A stretch of 64,000 nt of DNA from a virus. Position numbers and translations under genes: made by a program. Positions 36,691-46,546 of this stretch are shown here, piece by piece (within the stretch, counting starts at the first letter, position 1; every line of letters begins with the position of its first letter). The DNA is taken from the IMG/VR virus record IMGVR_UViG_3300023278_002686, positions 1-64,000 of that record. The stretch is one strand, 5' to 3'. The notes beneath the pieces were generated by a model, which was not told where the DNA came from, did not search any database, and was given only the letters and a program-made list of their open reading frames with translations.

Positions 36691-38022
36691 ATGGATAAAC
36701 GATTTAAAAATGCAATGTATATATTAAAAGTACTTCAAAATAATAAACATGATGCTGTAATAGCTGGAGGATGGGTTAGAGATAAATTAATTGGAGTTCC
36801 ATCAAAAGATATAGATATAGCAACTTCAGCTAAACCCGAAGAAGTTGAAGCATTATTTGAGAAAACTATTCCTATAGGAAAAGCTTTTGGAATCATTAGT
36901 GTAATTATTAATGAAGATCAATTTGAAATAGCTACTTTTAGAAGTGACGGAAATTCCTTAGACGGAAGACATCCAGATTCCATCACTTTTTCTTCTATGG
37001 AAGAAGATGCTGAACGTAGAGATCTTACTATTAATGGCATGTTTTATGATCCTTTTCTTGATTTTGTAATAGATTTTGTAAAAGGTAAACAAGATATTAA
37101 AGATAAAGTAATTAAATTTATTGGTAATCCTAGAGAAAGAATTCAAGAAGATTATCTTAGAATGTTAAGAGCTATTAGATTTGCAATAAAATTAGATTTT
37201 AAAATGGAAAGTGATACTTTTAGGAGTATAATAGAAAATTCTAAACATATTACTAAAATTTCTTCGGAAAGAATTAAAGATGAATTAATTAAAATGTTTA
37301 GATTAGGAAAACCTAGAAATACTTTATATTTATTATCTTTTTGTCTTTTATTAGAAGAAATATTAATTGAAGTATACATACTAAAATTTTGTGATCAAAA
37401 TCCAGGATGGCATCCAGAAGGAAATGTATGGGAACATACTATAATTGCTATGGAAAATATTTTTAAAAATAATGAAAATCCTTCAGATGAATTAATTTGG
37501 GCAACTCTCTTACATGATATTGGAAAACCAACTACTCAAACTGTAGAAGATGGTGTAATTAGAAGTCATGGTCATGCTAAAGAAGGTGCTGATATAGCTA
37601 GAAAAATTCTTAAAAGATTAAAGTTTTCTAATGATTTTATTGAAAAAGTAACTCGACTTATATATGATCATATGGGTGTTAAAGAAATAAAAAAGATGAA
37701 AAAATCTACATTTAGAAAATATTTAGCTAAACCTTATATTGAGGATCTTATAAAATTAGCATTTGCTGATAGTCAGGCTTGCGGTATTAAAAGTCATACT
37801 AAATGGTATAATACTTATTTAGAAAGAAAAGAAAAATTAAGTAATGAAGTAATAGAAATTTTACCTTCATGCTTTGTTAATGGAAATGATTTAATACGTT
37901 TAGGGTTTAAACCAGGACCTAAGTTTAAAAAAATATTAGGTGAAATTATGGAACTTCAATTAAATGAAGAAATAAAATGTAAAGATGATGCTATAAACTA
38001 TATAAAAAAAATAAAGGAGTAA
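36691..38022 (+). CDS. cca: CCA-adding tRNA nucleotidyltransferase with HD domain
   Basis: GGWVRD, DIDIAT, RRDLTIN, EDYLRMLRA, HPEG.VWEHT, LLHDIGK. Confidence 0.92.
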   Translation: MDKRFKNAMYILKVLQNNKHDAVIAGGWVRDKLIGVPSKDIDIATSAKPEEVEALFEKTIPIGKAFGIISVIINEDQFEIATFRSDGNSLDGRHPDSITFSSMEEDAERRDLTINGMFYDPFLDFVIDFVKGKQDIKDKVIKFIGNPRERIQEDYLRMLRAIRFAIKLDFKMESDTFRSIIENSKHITKISSERIKDELIKMFRLGKPRNTLYLLSFCLLLEEILIEVYILKFCDQNPGWHPEGNVWEHTIIAMENIFKNNENPSDELIWATLLHDIGKPTTQTVEDGVIRSHGHAKEGADIARKILKRLKFSNDFIEKVTRLIYDHMGVKEIKKMKKSTFRKYLAKPYIEDLIKLAFADSQACGIKSHTKWYNTYLERKEKLSNEVIEILPSCFVNGNDLIRLGFKPGPKFKKILGEIMELQLNEEIKCKDDAINYIKKIKE

Positions 38023-38025
38023 ATT

Positions 38026-38304
38026 ATGTTATTAGCTTTAATTGTATCTTGGTGTATTTTAAGTTATATACTATTATTATTTATGAGTATAGGAGTTTGG
38101 TTAGAGGCATGGCTTGAAGATCGTAGTAATCTTTCTGATCCTTTGAAATATCTATATGCTAAACTAGATGATTTAGAAACAAAAGAAGAATTTTCTACAA
38201 AAATTAAATATAGTATTTTAGCTTTTCTTCCTGGAGTATATTTAGGATATTTAGTATATAATATTTTCTATATTTTCAAGAAAAAATATAAGGAGTTAAT
38301 TTAA
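38026..38304 (+). CDS. membrane protein
   Basis: two hydrophobic segments. Confidence 0.55.
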   Translation: MLLALIVSWCILSYILLLFMSIGVWLEAWLEDRSNLSDPLKYLYAKLDDLETKEEFSTKIKYSILAFLPGVYLGYLVYNIFYIFKKKYKELI

Positions 38305-38789
38305 TGATTCAAGAAATTAATTTAATAGATCCTTCTTTAATAGAAGGATGTAAGTGTGAAGATGTAGATATTATTAAAGAAGATCCAAAAGAGTTTGTTG
38401 CTTATTTTAATAAATTAGCAGACTTTATTAGTAAAAAGAAAGGAATCGGATTAGCTACTTGTCAAATTGGAGATTTTAGGAAAATAGCTGTAATGGTAGA
38501 TGGAGATCAAGTAGTGCCTATTATTAATCCTAGATATTTTTCTAATGCTTCAAGAGCTCAATTTAAAGAAGGATGTTTATCTTATCCTAGAAGATCTTTT
38601 TTAGTGAAGAGATTTAAAAGTATAAAGGTTAATTTTATTTCAATAAAACAAAAAGAGGATGAATCTTATGAGTTTGTAGAAATTAAAAATAAAACATTAA
38701 GAGGAATGCAATCAATAATTTTCCAACATGAGACAGATCATTGTAATGGAGTAAGTTGTGCTGTTAAAGGAAAAGAATTAAGAGGATAA
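38304..38789 (+). CDS. def: peptide deformylase
   Basis: GIGLATCQIG, EGCLS, QHETDH. Confidence 0.92.
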   Translation: MIQEINLIDPSLIEGCKCEDVDIIKEDPKEFVAYFNKLADFISKKKGIGLATCQIGDFRKIAVMVDGDQVVPIINPRYFSNASRAQFKEGCLSYPRRSFLVKRFKSIKVNFISIKQKEDESYEFVEIKNKTLRGMQSIIFQHETDHCNGVSCAVKGKELRG

Positions 38790-38797
38790 ATATTTTT

Positions 38798-38827
38798 AAG
38801 AGTCTCATTATATGAGACTCTTTTTTT
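38798..38827 (+). terminator. intrinsic terminator
   Basis: AAGAGTCTCAT/ATGAGACTCTT hairpin + T-run. Confidence 0.75.
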
Positions 38828-38846
38828 ATGTGTAGACTATATTTAT

Positions 38847-40880
38847 ATGAGTTTACCTCAAAAAATAGAAAATGGATCTTTTTTAATATCTGATTTATTA
38901 CAAGGCGATGATAAAATATCAAAAAGATCTGATTTTAATGAATTGTCTAATGAAGAATTACAAGAAAGTTTAAGATTAATATATAATAATAAATTTCTTT
39001 CACCTGAAAAGAAAAAATATTTATTAATGCACAGTTGGAAGATACATTATACAATTAAACCTCCTAATATACAAGAATTTTTAACTGAAGAATGGATAGG
39101 ACCAACTGCTAGATCTCTTCATCCTCACGTAATTAAGATATTATGTGAGTATTGGAAATCAGATTCTCCTTATAGAAATTTAATATTAGCCACATCGATT
39201 GGTACTGGTAAAACAACAATGAGTGCTATTTCAATGTTATATATAATAGTTCATTTAATGTGCATGAGAGATATAAAAAGATTTTTCGGACTAGCTCAAT
39301 CAGGAAGTATTTTAATTGCATTGATCTCTTTTACATTACATAAAGCGGGTCAAATTTTATTACAAAAACTTATTCAAATATTATGTTCTACTGAGAAGTT
39401 TAGAAGAGTTAATCGTGAAGAAAGAATACTTGTTGCTCAAAAAGAAACTCCTGATAAATTAATATGGACTACTGCCGGTAGAATGGGTAGCGTTCAATTT
39501 GCTGGAGATGTTCATGTTATGTTAGCATCTTCTCCTACAGCGATATTAGGGTTAGATATGATTGCAGCTGTTTTATCTGAAATATCATTCTTTCTAGATC
39601 AAGGTTATTCTTCAGAGTATATTTGGAGAATGTATAATGATACAAAAGGTCGTATTCAAAGTAGATTTAGAAAAAAATATCTTACTACATGTATATTAGA
39701 CTCGTCACCCAATGATATGGAAGAATCTCCTATTGATAAATATATTTTTACAGGAGAAGCTTATAAAGATCCTTCTAATTATATAATGACAGGTGCTCAT
39801 TGGGAATATTTACCAGATAACCATCCAGAATGGCAAAAAACAGGCGAGACATTTCCAGTATTTAAAGGAGATGGAAGTAATCCAGCTCAAGTATTAACCG
39901 AAACTGAAGTAGAGAAATACAATAAAGAAGATATATATAATGTTCCTATTGATATTAAACAACTATTTATAGATAACACAGTTAAATCTGTAAAGGATTG
40001 GTGTGGCTGGCCTGCCGGAAGTCAAAATAAAATCATAAATGATTTTTCTATTATCGAGAAGATGTTTGACGATAATCTTATTAATATATATACTCATATA
40101 TACGCTCCTTCTACATCTGTTCCTGAAAAATTAATATGGAATCAAGTTTGTAAAAAATTCTTTGTTGATATAAATGGACATTATGAATTTTATAGATCTC
40201 CATATGCTCTTAGATATATTCATATAGATCAATCTGAAACTGGAGATATTACAGGAATTTCTATGTGTCATGCTGAAGTTAATAAAAAAGGAGAACAAGT
40301 ATATATTTTAGATTTTACATTGGCTATTTCTCCTAATAAAGCACGTATTAATTTAGAAGCAATGCCCTGTTTTATTGAAGATTTGACAAAAATCGGACGT
40401 ATAAATTTAAAAAGAGTTACATTTGACAGTTATCAAAGTTCGATGGCTATTCAAAAATTAAAAAATAAAGGATATGATGCTGCTTTACTTTCAGTTGATA
40501 GAGATATAAATCCGTATATGACTTTTGTAGCTTATATGAATAGTGGACGAATTAAAGCAGGTAGAAATATTTATCTTAAAAATAACTTTAAGTCATTAAG
40601 AGAAGTCAAAACTAATTCAGGAAAAAGAAAAATAGATCATCTTATAGGTAAATTAGATAAAGTAAATAATAACAATAATTGGATTACTTCTACGACTGGA
40701 TATTATGCTAAGGATATTTCAGATTCAGCATGTGGAGCAGTTTGGACTTGTATTAATGATTATCAAGGTATTCCAAAATATGTTTATGAAGAAAAGAAAA
40801 TGATTACTGAGAAAAATAAAAATATAAAAATAAAATCAGAACTATATAATAAAATACAGGAATTAGGATATTCCTTATAA
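38847..40880 (+). CDS. terminase large subunit
   Basis: TSIGTGKTT, LSE Walker B, LDSS coupling motif, IHIDQS..GD, TFDSYQS, KDISD. Confidence 0.8.
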   Translation: MSLPQKIENGSFLISDLLQGDDKISKRSDFNELSNEELQESLRLIYNNKFLSPEKKKYLLMHSWKIHYTIKPPNIQEFLTEEWIGPTARSLHPHVIKILCEYWKSDSPYRNLILATSIGTGKTTMSAISMLYIIVHLMCMRDIKRFFGLAQSGSILIALISFTLHKAGQILLQKLIQILCSTEKFRRVNREERILVAQKETPDKLIWTTAGRMGSVQFAGDVHVMLASSPTAILGLDMIAAVLSEISFFLDQGYSSEYIWRMYNDTKGRIQSRFRKKYLTTCILDSSPNDMEESPIDKYIFTGEAYKDPSNYIMTGAHWEYLPDNHPEWQKTGETFPVFKGDGSNPAQVLTETEVEKYNKEDIYNVPIDIKQLFIDNTVKSVKDWCGWPAGSQNKIINDFSIIEKMFDDNLINIYTHIYAPSTSVPEKLIWNQVCKKFFVDINGHYEFYRSPYALRYIHIDQSETGDITGISMCHAEVNKKGEQVYILDFTLAISPNKARINLEAMPCFIEDLTKIGRINLKRVTFDSYQSSMAIQKLKNKGYDAALLSVDRDINPYMTFVAYMNSGRIKAGRNIYLKNNFKSLREVKTNSGKRKIDHLIGKLDKVNNNNNWITSTTGYYAKDISDSACGAVWTCINDYQGIPKYVYEEKKMITEKNKNIKIKSELYNKIQELGYSL

Positions 40881-40891
40881 AGGAGATATAT

Positions 40892-41029
40892 ATGGGTGAT
40901 GTAGTTCTAAATGAACAAGATTTAAGTAAAGAACAATTTGAAGAAAAACAAGAAAAAATTGAAAAACAACCTGATGTTAAAATTGTTAAAATTAAAGAAG
41001 ATACATATCGTACAAAAGTTTATGGTTAA
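40892..41029 (+). CDS. small hypothetical protein (45 aa, not in ORF track)
   Basis: strong SD AAGGAG; MGDVVLNEQ...TKVYG*. Confidence 0.55.
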   Translation: MGDVVLNEQDLSKEQFEEKQEKIEKQPDVKIVKIKEDTYRTKVYG

Positions 41030-41030
41030 A

Positions 41031-41058
41031 TTGACATTTTAATAAATTTTTATATTAT
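41031..41058 (+). promoter_or_regulatory. sigma70-type promoter for ncRNA
   Basis: TTGACA-N16-TATTAT. Confidence 0.6.
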
Positions 41059-41064
41059 AGTAAT

Positions 41065-41351
41065 ATAAGAAATATATAGTTTTCTAGCCAATTATATATG
41101 GATAAAATTAATAAAACTAAAGGCTTTTAGTAGGTCTAAATCTATACTTTGTTGAAAGTATGCCTCTTACTAAAGTCTAACTGTCTGACTAGATCACTTA
41201 GAATGATAATGGACTCCGAATTATGGATTTTAAGGCGACGATAACTAATAATAATAGGAGCGTAAGAGAAGGTTCGTTGGAAACTTAAAGCATACGATAA
41301 GTGCTCCATTGGGAAAATGCTATTAGAAATAAAACTAATAGCATTTTTTTT
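41065..41351 (+). ncRNA. candidate stand-alone structured ncRNA (~285 nt)
   Basis: between promoter and terminator, no credible + strand ORF, multiple stems. Confidence 0.55.
41314..41351 (+). terminator. intrinsic terminator
   Basis: AAAATGCTATTAG/CTAATAGCATTTT 13-bp stem + T-run. Confidence 0.75.
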
Positions 41352-41407
41352 GATAATTTCTTTCTTTCTTATATATATAAGTATATTAAATAAGGAGGAA
41401 TAATAAT

Positions 41408-41599
41408 ATGATAACAACTACTGTAGATTACCATTATTTAGAGTTTTCTTTAAAAATAAAGAATCCTAAAATTAGGATACTACATGAGAATAAATCTCAA
41501 ACATTAGAAGAAGAATTATTTGATAAGTTAGCAAAATTATCTAAAAAATTTACTAAAAAAATAGCAAAAAGAGATGGTAAATTAAAATGTCAAAAATAA
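41408..41599 (+). CDS. hypothetical protein
   Basis: SD AGGAGG. Confidence 0.6.
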   Translation: MITTTVDYHYLEFSLKIKNPKIRILHENKSQTLEEELFDKLAKLSKKFTKKIAKRDGKLKCQK

Positions 41600-42522
41600 T
41601 AGTTACAGGAGATACTCAATATAGAGAAGGATCTCCTTTTTATGAGTCTAAGGAACTTTTTAATCAATGGTTTATTGATCAAGAGTTTAATAATGAAGAT
41701 AATTATTTAGTTCATCTAGGAGATGTAGTAGATAAATCTATGCATACTGGCTTAATAAATAGACAAATAGTAGAATTTTTTAGTAAATTAAAATTTAAGA
41801 AAATTTATATTATTACTGGGAATCATGAAGTATCAAGAACCGATGGAAATATGCTAGAGGTATTAAAAACGATTCCTTCTATTTGCTTAATAGAACACAT
41901 GGAAGAAATAGAAATTAATGGATTTAATTGTTTATGTCTTCCTCATTTTTATAGAAAAAATAAAAAAGATAAAACAATGACTGAATTATATAGATCATTA
42001 GATTCTAAAATTGAATATGACTTCATATTTGGTCACTTCTCTGATGAAACTCAGACAATGTTTGGGCGTTATATTGATATATCACACCTTAAGGGAAAAA
42101 AGCTCTTAGGACACATCCACATACCTACAGAACGATATGTAGGAAGTCCTGTAATAAATAGATATGATGAGAAAGGAAAAGAAAATAGACTCTTTATAAT
42201 AGATCAAAATAAGGATTTAGAAAGTTTAGAAATTCCTAGATTTATGGAATATAAAACTATTTCTTATGGAGAACCTATTAAGGATGAACTTTATTATGTG
42301 ATGTATGATGTGATTAAAGCTCCTTCTAAAGAGATGGTTTACGAAAATAAATTATATAAAGATAAATTTATTCGAAAAATACATTTAGAAAAATCAGAGG
42401 AAGATATTTCTAATGACTATAATACTAATATTACTGATAAATCTAATAAAGATTATTTTGAAGAATTTTGTAGTCAAAATAAAATTAATAAATTAGTAAA
42501 AGAAAAAATTATATTTGTATAA
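41587..42522 (+). CDS. sbcD: SbcD/Mre11-like nuclease
   Basis: GDTQ, LGDVVD, GNHE, GH, GHIH, YVGSP. Confidence 0.8.
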   Translation: MSKIIVTGDTQYREGSPFYESKELFNQWFIDQEFNNEDNYLVHLGDVVDKSMHTGLINRQIVEFFSKLKFKKIYIITGNHEVSRTDGNMLEVLKTIPSICLIEHMEEIEINGFNCLCLPHFYRKNKKDKTMTELYRSLDSKIEYDFIFGHFSDETQTMFGRYIDISHLKGKKLLGHIHIPTERYVGSPVINRYDEKGKENRLFIIDQNKDLESLEIPRFMEYKTISYGEPIKDELYYVMYDVIKAPSKEMVYENKLYKDKFIRKIHLEKSEEDISNDYNTNITDKSNKDYFEEFCSQNKINKLVKEKIIFV

Positions 42523-42532
42523 GGAGTAGATA

Positions 42533-42772
42533 ATGCCTACATATGATTATATTTGTGAATGTGGAAATAAAGCTTCAAAATTATTTTCTATGAAAGAATA
42601 TAAACAAAAAATTAAATGTAAGAGTTGTAGTAAAATGATGAAATTAAATGTTAGAGAAAATGTAAAATCTCAAAATACTATTATACCTGAGCATATGAGT
42701 GCTGCTGGGTCTGCTGGAGATAATCAAATAAAATATGACAAATCTCCAAGTAAGAAAAAACATTATTGGTAA
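42533..42772 (+). CDS. FmdB-family zinc-ribbon protein
   Basis: MPTYDY.C.CG...CKSC. Confidence 0.75.
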   Translation: MPTYDYICECGNKASKLFSMKEYKQKIKCKSCSKMMKLNVRENVKSQNTIIPEHMSAAGSAGDNQIKYDKSPSKKKHYW

Positions 42773-42782
42773 GGAGATCTTG

Positions 42783-43028
42783 ATGAATATAGAAGATAAA
42801 GTCTTAAATAGATTAAATGAACATTTTGTAGATAATGAAATTTATTTTAATTATCATGGAAATACAATAACAGTAGAAATAGATGGAGAAGAAACTACTA
42901 TTATATGTGATAAATTATCTGAGGACTTATTTACTGATCTTATTAAAGATCAATTAGAAGATGCTTTATATAATGAGTTCAATAGCTTAATTCAAAAGGA
43001 ATTAAATAATAAACATGAAAAAAGTTAA
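42783..43028 (+). CDS. hypothetical protein
   Basis: start after AGGAG. Confidence 0.55.
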   Translation: MNIEDKVLNRLNEHFVDNEIYFNYHGNTITVEIDGEETTIICDKLSEDLFTDLIKDQLEDALYNEFNSLIQKELNNKHEKS

Positions 43029-43446
43029 ATATTTTTTTAAAAAAATTAAATGGTTTTTTCAAAGATTATTTAGAGGATATTCTGATTGTGATATTTGGGG
43101 ATTAGATTATCATCTATCTCATCTAATTATTAAGAGATTAAAAGCTTTTAGAGATTTAGATAAACAAGGTCTTTCTGTACAATTTATGGACGAGTTTAAT
43201 TTACGTAATGGTGTTGAAGGTGAAGTTGAAAGAGGTCTTGAAATTTTAAATGGTTTTATTAATGATATGATTTGGAGTTTTCAATATTGTTTGAACGATT
43301 ACAAGGAAGAAGAAACTACCTACCGTATTAATCTTTTCTCTAAAGATGATAATACTTGGAAACTAAAGGAATTCGATGATAACTATACTAAATATCTATA
43401 TGGAATGGAATTATTTACTAAATATTTTCATTGTTTGTGGGATTAA
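43015..43446 (+). CDS. conserved phage hypothetical protein
   Basis: QR..RGYSD.D.W.LD..L ... G.ELF.KYF..LWD. Confidence 0.7.
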   Translation: MKKVKYFFKKIKWFFQRLFRGYSDCDIWGLDYHLSHLIIKRLKAFRDLDKQGLSVQFMDEFNLRNGVEGEVERGLEILNGFINDMIWSFQYCLNDYKEEETTYRINLFSKDDNTWKLKEFDDNYTKYLYGMELFTKYFHCLWD

Positions 43447-43461
43447 TGACAGAGATAGAAA

Positions 43462-43839
43462 ATGAAAAATAACTATATACAATTGTTACATGTAAAAACC
43501 TCAATGGAACAAGCTTATGAATCTTTTTTTTATAGACATGGTAAAGAGATATTAGTTTCTTTAAAAGAAATTTATCCACAATTATATATTATTTATGATG
43601 TTAATAATTTTCTACGTGGGTATTTTAATATTTATATTAATGGTAAGTATAAATTAGAAATTCTTGGTAAACCAAAATTTGGTACTTTATATTCTTCTTA
43701 CGAGCTGTTTAATAGATTCCATATTCATGATCATCAAGATACTACAACATTATTACATATTATAAAATTTAGAATTGATACAATATATTTGAAAAAAGAT
43801 CTTGATTTTGAAATAGTAGATATAATAATAAAGGATTAA
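43462..43839 (+). CDS. hypothetical protein
   Basis: ORF in operon context. Confidence 0.55.
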   Translation: MKNNYIQLLHVKTSMEQAYESFFYRHGKEILVSLKEIYPQLYIIYDVNNFLRGYFNIYINGKYKLEILGKPKFGTLYSSYELFNRFHIHDHQDTTTLLHIIKFRIDTIYLKKDLDFEIVDIIIKD

Positions 43840-43852
43840 AGGAGATTAATTA

Positions 43853-44254
43853 ATGAGAATTAATATGAATTTTACAAAACTAAGTAATAAGTTGGTAGTA
43901 CCTCCTTATACTCATCCAAGAAGACCTGGAATAATATTTTCAAACGAAGAAAAGATATTTATTCCAGCCGGTCAAGTTAAATATATATATACTGGATATA
44001 TGTGGGAACCTGATTTAACTGAGGAACTTTTAGAAGAAATAAAAGATTCTTTTAGAATTGCTTTACGATTTGAATCTTTATATAAGAATGACAAATTTAT
44101 TGTAGTTCCATTCACCACAATTAATTTTACAGAACAAATAATTATACCTGTGTTAAATCCAGGAAGACATGGAGCTATTGTAATTGAACAAAATGATCCA
44201 ATTGCTATTGGTATTATAGATTATTTACCTCTTATAGATATAACGGTAGAATAA
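43853..44254 (+). CDS. degenerate dUTPase-fold protein
   Basis: I.AG....I.TG, I.V.N.G..I...D.IA.G scaffold; catalytic motifs absent. Confidence 0.5.
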   Translation: MRINMNFTKLSNKLVVPPYTHPRRPGIIFSNEEKIFIPAGQVKYIYTGYMWEPDLTEELLEEIKDSFRIALRFESLYKNDKFIVVPFTTINFTEQIIIPVLNPGRHGAIVIEQNDPIAIGIIDYLPLIDITVE

Positions 44255-44964
44255 TGATTTATATAACAGGTGATACTCATGGAAGTCATGATATAGAAAA
44301 ACTTAATTTAATTGATAATGAAGTTACTAAAGAAGATTATCTTATAATTTGTGGAGATTTTGGTTTAATATGGGATCAAAATGAAAGTGGACTTGAAGAA
44401 CAATATTGGTTAGACTGGTTATCTAAAAAACCGTATACTACTTTATTTGTAGATGGTAATCATGAGAATTTCGATAGACTTTTAAATTATCCTATAGCTC
44501 AAATGTATGGAAATGAAGTAGGAGTAATCACTGATAAGATTTTTCATCTTAAAAGAGGTAGAGTCTATACAATAGATAATAAAAAATTCTTTGCTTTCGG
44601 TGGAGGATATTCTATAGATATAGCTCGGCGTACTGAGTTTACGTCTTGGTGGAAAGAGGAAATGCCATCTAAAAAAGAGTATGACTTAGGTTTATTAGAA
44701 TTAGAAGAGCATAATTGGGAAGTAGATTATATTATTACTCATTCATGTTCTAATGTTATGTTTGATAAGATATCAGATAGATATCATGACATGTTTTATA
44801 AAGCTGTTATTCAAGAAAAACCATTAAGAGATTATTTTGATATAATAGAACAAAAAGTAAAATTTAAAAAATGGTATTTTGGACATTTTCATATAGATGA
44901 ACATACAAATTCTACTTGGAAAAAGCATACTCCTCTATATTATAATATAAATCCAATTAAGTAA
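44254..44964 (+). CDS. calcineurin-like metallophosphoesterase
   Basis: GDTHG, CGDFG, DGNHEN, ITH, FGHFH. Confidence 0.88.
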   Translation: MIYITGDTHGSHDIEKLNLIDNEVTKEDYLIICGDFGLIWDQNESGLEEQYWLDWLSKKPYTTLFVDGNHENFDRLLNYPIAQMYGNEVGVITDKIFHLKRGRVYTIDNKKFFAFGGGYSIDIARRTEFTSWWKEEMPSKKEYDLGLLELEEHNWEVDYIITHSCSNVMFDKISDRYHDMFYKAVIQEKPLRDYFDIIEQKVKFKKWYFGHFHIDEHTNSTWKKHTPLYYNINPIK

Positions 44965-45025
44965 AAGAAAAACATCCTTACTATATAAATAGCTATACTA
45001 ATTAAACTTATATAAAGGATGTTTT

Positions 45026-45796
45026 ATGATTCAAATACTATCAACGATATTATCAATTGGAAAAGATTGGGGTCCTTGGGGAATTATATTTGGTTTTATT
45101 GTGACATATATAACTCATAGAATATCAGATAAAAAACAATCTAAAAAAAATGAAGAATTAAGACAGGTAGAGAAAGAAAATAATAGAAAATACATAGAAA
45201 ATATGTTAGATCTAATTAAAATGATTATAAGAGATACTTTTAAATTAGGTCAAAAGATGAAAAGTATAGAAGATAAAGTGCTTGTTAACCAAAGAAAAGA
45301 ATTAGATGAATGTGGAGATGATATTCAACATAAATTTCTTTCTCGATATGAAAAAGAAATATTACCTAGTTTAGATTTAACTAACGACCAAAAAGATGAT
45401 TTTGTTCGAATTTATAGAATGATTGTATTTCTTGGAGTATCTAAAGGTAAAAAAGAAATGTATGAATTTATTGATAGTACTCTTTCTGATTATTCTTCAG
45501 CTGAATATGAATTACAGAAACAAGATAAATTACAAAAAATATTAGATTTAGTTGAAGAAGTTGAACGAGAAAATTATCCTTCTTTCTTTCCTAGATCTGA
45601 TGTCAATAATGATCATTTATTATTTATAGAAAGAAATAAGACTTATTTAAAAGATCGGATAGATAAGAGTTTTGATACTCTTAAAATTTTTTCAGATAAA
45701 TCTAAAAAAGAAGCTAATGAATTATTAGAAGAGTTAGATAAATTTGAAGAAAAAGCTAAACAAATATTTTTAAGAACTAATATTGACAATTCTTAA
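45026..45796 (+). CDS. membrane-anchored coiled-coil protein (holin-like?)
   Basis: N-terminal TM helix followed by helical domain. Confidence 0.4.
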   Translation: MIQILSTILSIGKDWGPWGIIFGFIVTYITHRISDKKQSKKNEELRQVEKENNRKYIENMLDLIKMIIRDTFKLGQKMKSIEDKVLVNQRKELDECGDDIQHKFLSRYEKEILPSLDLTNDQKDDFVRIYRMIVFLGVSKGKKEMYEFIDSTLSDYSSAEYELQKQDKLQKILDLVEEVERENYPSFFPRSDVNNDHLLFIERNKTYLKDRIDKSFDTLKIFSDKSKKEANELLEELDKFEEKAKQIFLRTNIDNS

Positions 45797-45811
45797 TTTA
45801 ACATATATTAT
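45783..45811 (+). promoter_or_regulatory. sigma70-type promoter
   Basis: TTGACA-N17-TATTAT. Confidence 0.65.
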
Positions 45812-45894
45812 ATAAATATGAATATGAGTATACTAGTATTAATAATAATATTTTTAATTATTATAATTTTGCATGATTGGAGAACTCCTAAATC

Positions 45895-46518
45895 ATGAAA
45901 TTAATTAAACCATCATATGAAATTTTAGATCATATTAATAGATTTCAAGTTCTTAGTAAATTAGAATTAGCTGGTAGAACGTGCTATAAATCTGAATCGA
46001 AAATTACTGAAGAATCTGCTTCTAAATTTGTAGAAATGATTTGTAAAAGAAATCATGAAAGTGTTTTAGAACATTTTTCTTTTTCTGTTAGATTTATCTG
46101 TGATAGAGGAGTATCTCATGAATTAGTTAGGCATAGATTAGCAAGTTATTCACAGGAATCGACTAGGTATTGTAATTACTCTAAAGATAAATTTGGAAAT
46201 GAATTAACATTTATTAGACCTTTATGGTTTCCTTATGATGAAGATAGTTCTAATGAAGCTATAGAGATTTGGAAAGTTTCTTTAATAACATCTGAGAATG
46301 CTTACTTTAATCTATTAAAAGAAGGATGGACACCTCAACAAGCTAGATCAGTTCTTCCAAATTCCCTTAAAACAGAAATAATTACTACTGCTAATTTGAG
46401 AGAATGGAAGCATATTCTTGAATTAAGAACCTCAACAGCAGCTCACCCTCAAATAAGGCAAATTATGATACCATTACAGAATGAATTACGTAGTATAATA
46501 CCAGAAATTTTTAAATAA
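45895..46518 (+). CDS. thyX: FAD-dependent thymidylate synthase
   Basis: HESVLEH, HELVRHRLASYSQESTRY, ARSVLP, AHPQIR. Confidence 0.96.
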   Translation: MKLIKPSYEILDHINRFQVLSKLELAGRTCYKSESKITEESASKFVEMICKRNHESVLEHFSFSVRFICDRGVSHELVRHRLASYSQESTRYCNYSKDKFGNELTFIRPLWFPYDEDSSNEAIEIWKVSLITSENAYFNLLKEGWTPQQARSVLPNSLKTEIITTANLREWKHILELRTSTAAHPQIRQIMIPLQNELRSIIPEIFK

Positions 46519-46546
46519 TATATAAATTTTAAAAAAGGATTTTAAT

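Noticed and set aside
41142-41417. 91-aa minus-strand ORF
   Set aside because: Antisense to a promoter-terminator unit in an all-plus region; no motifs; better explained as an ncRNA on +
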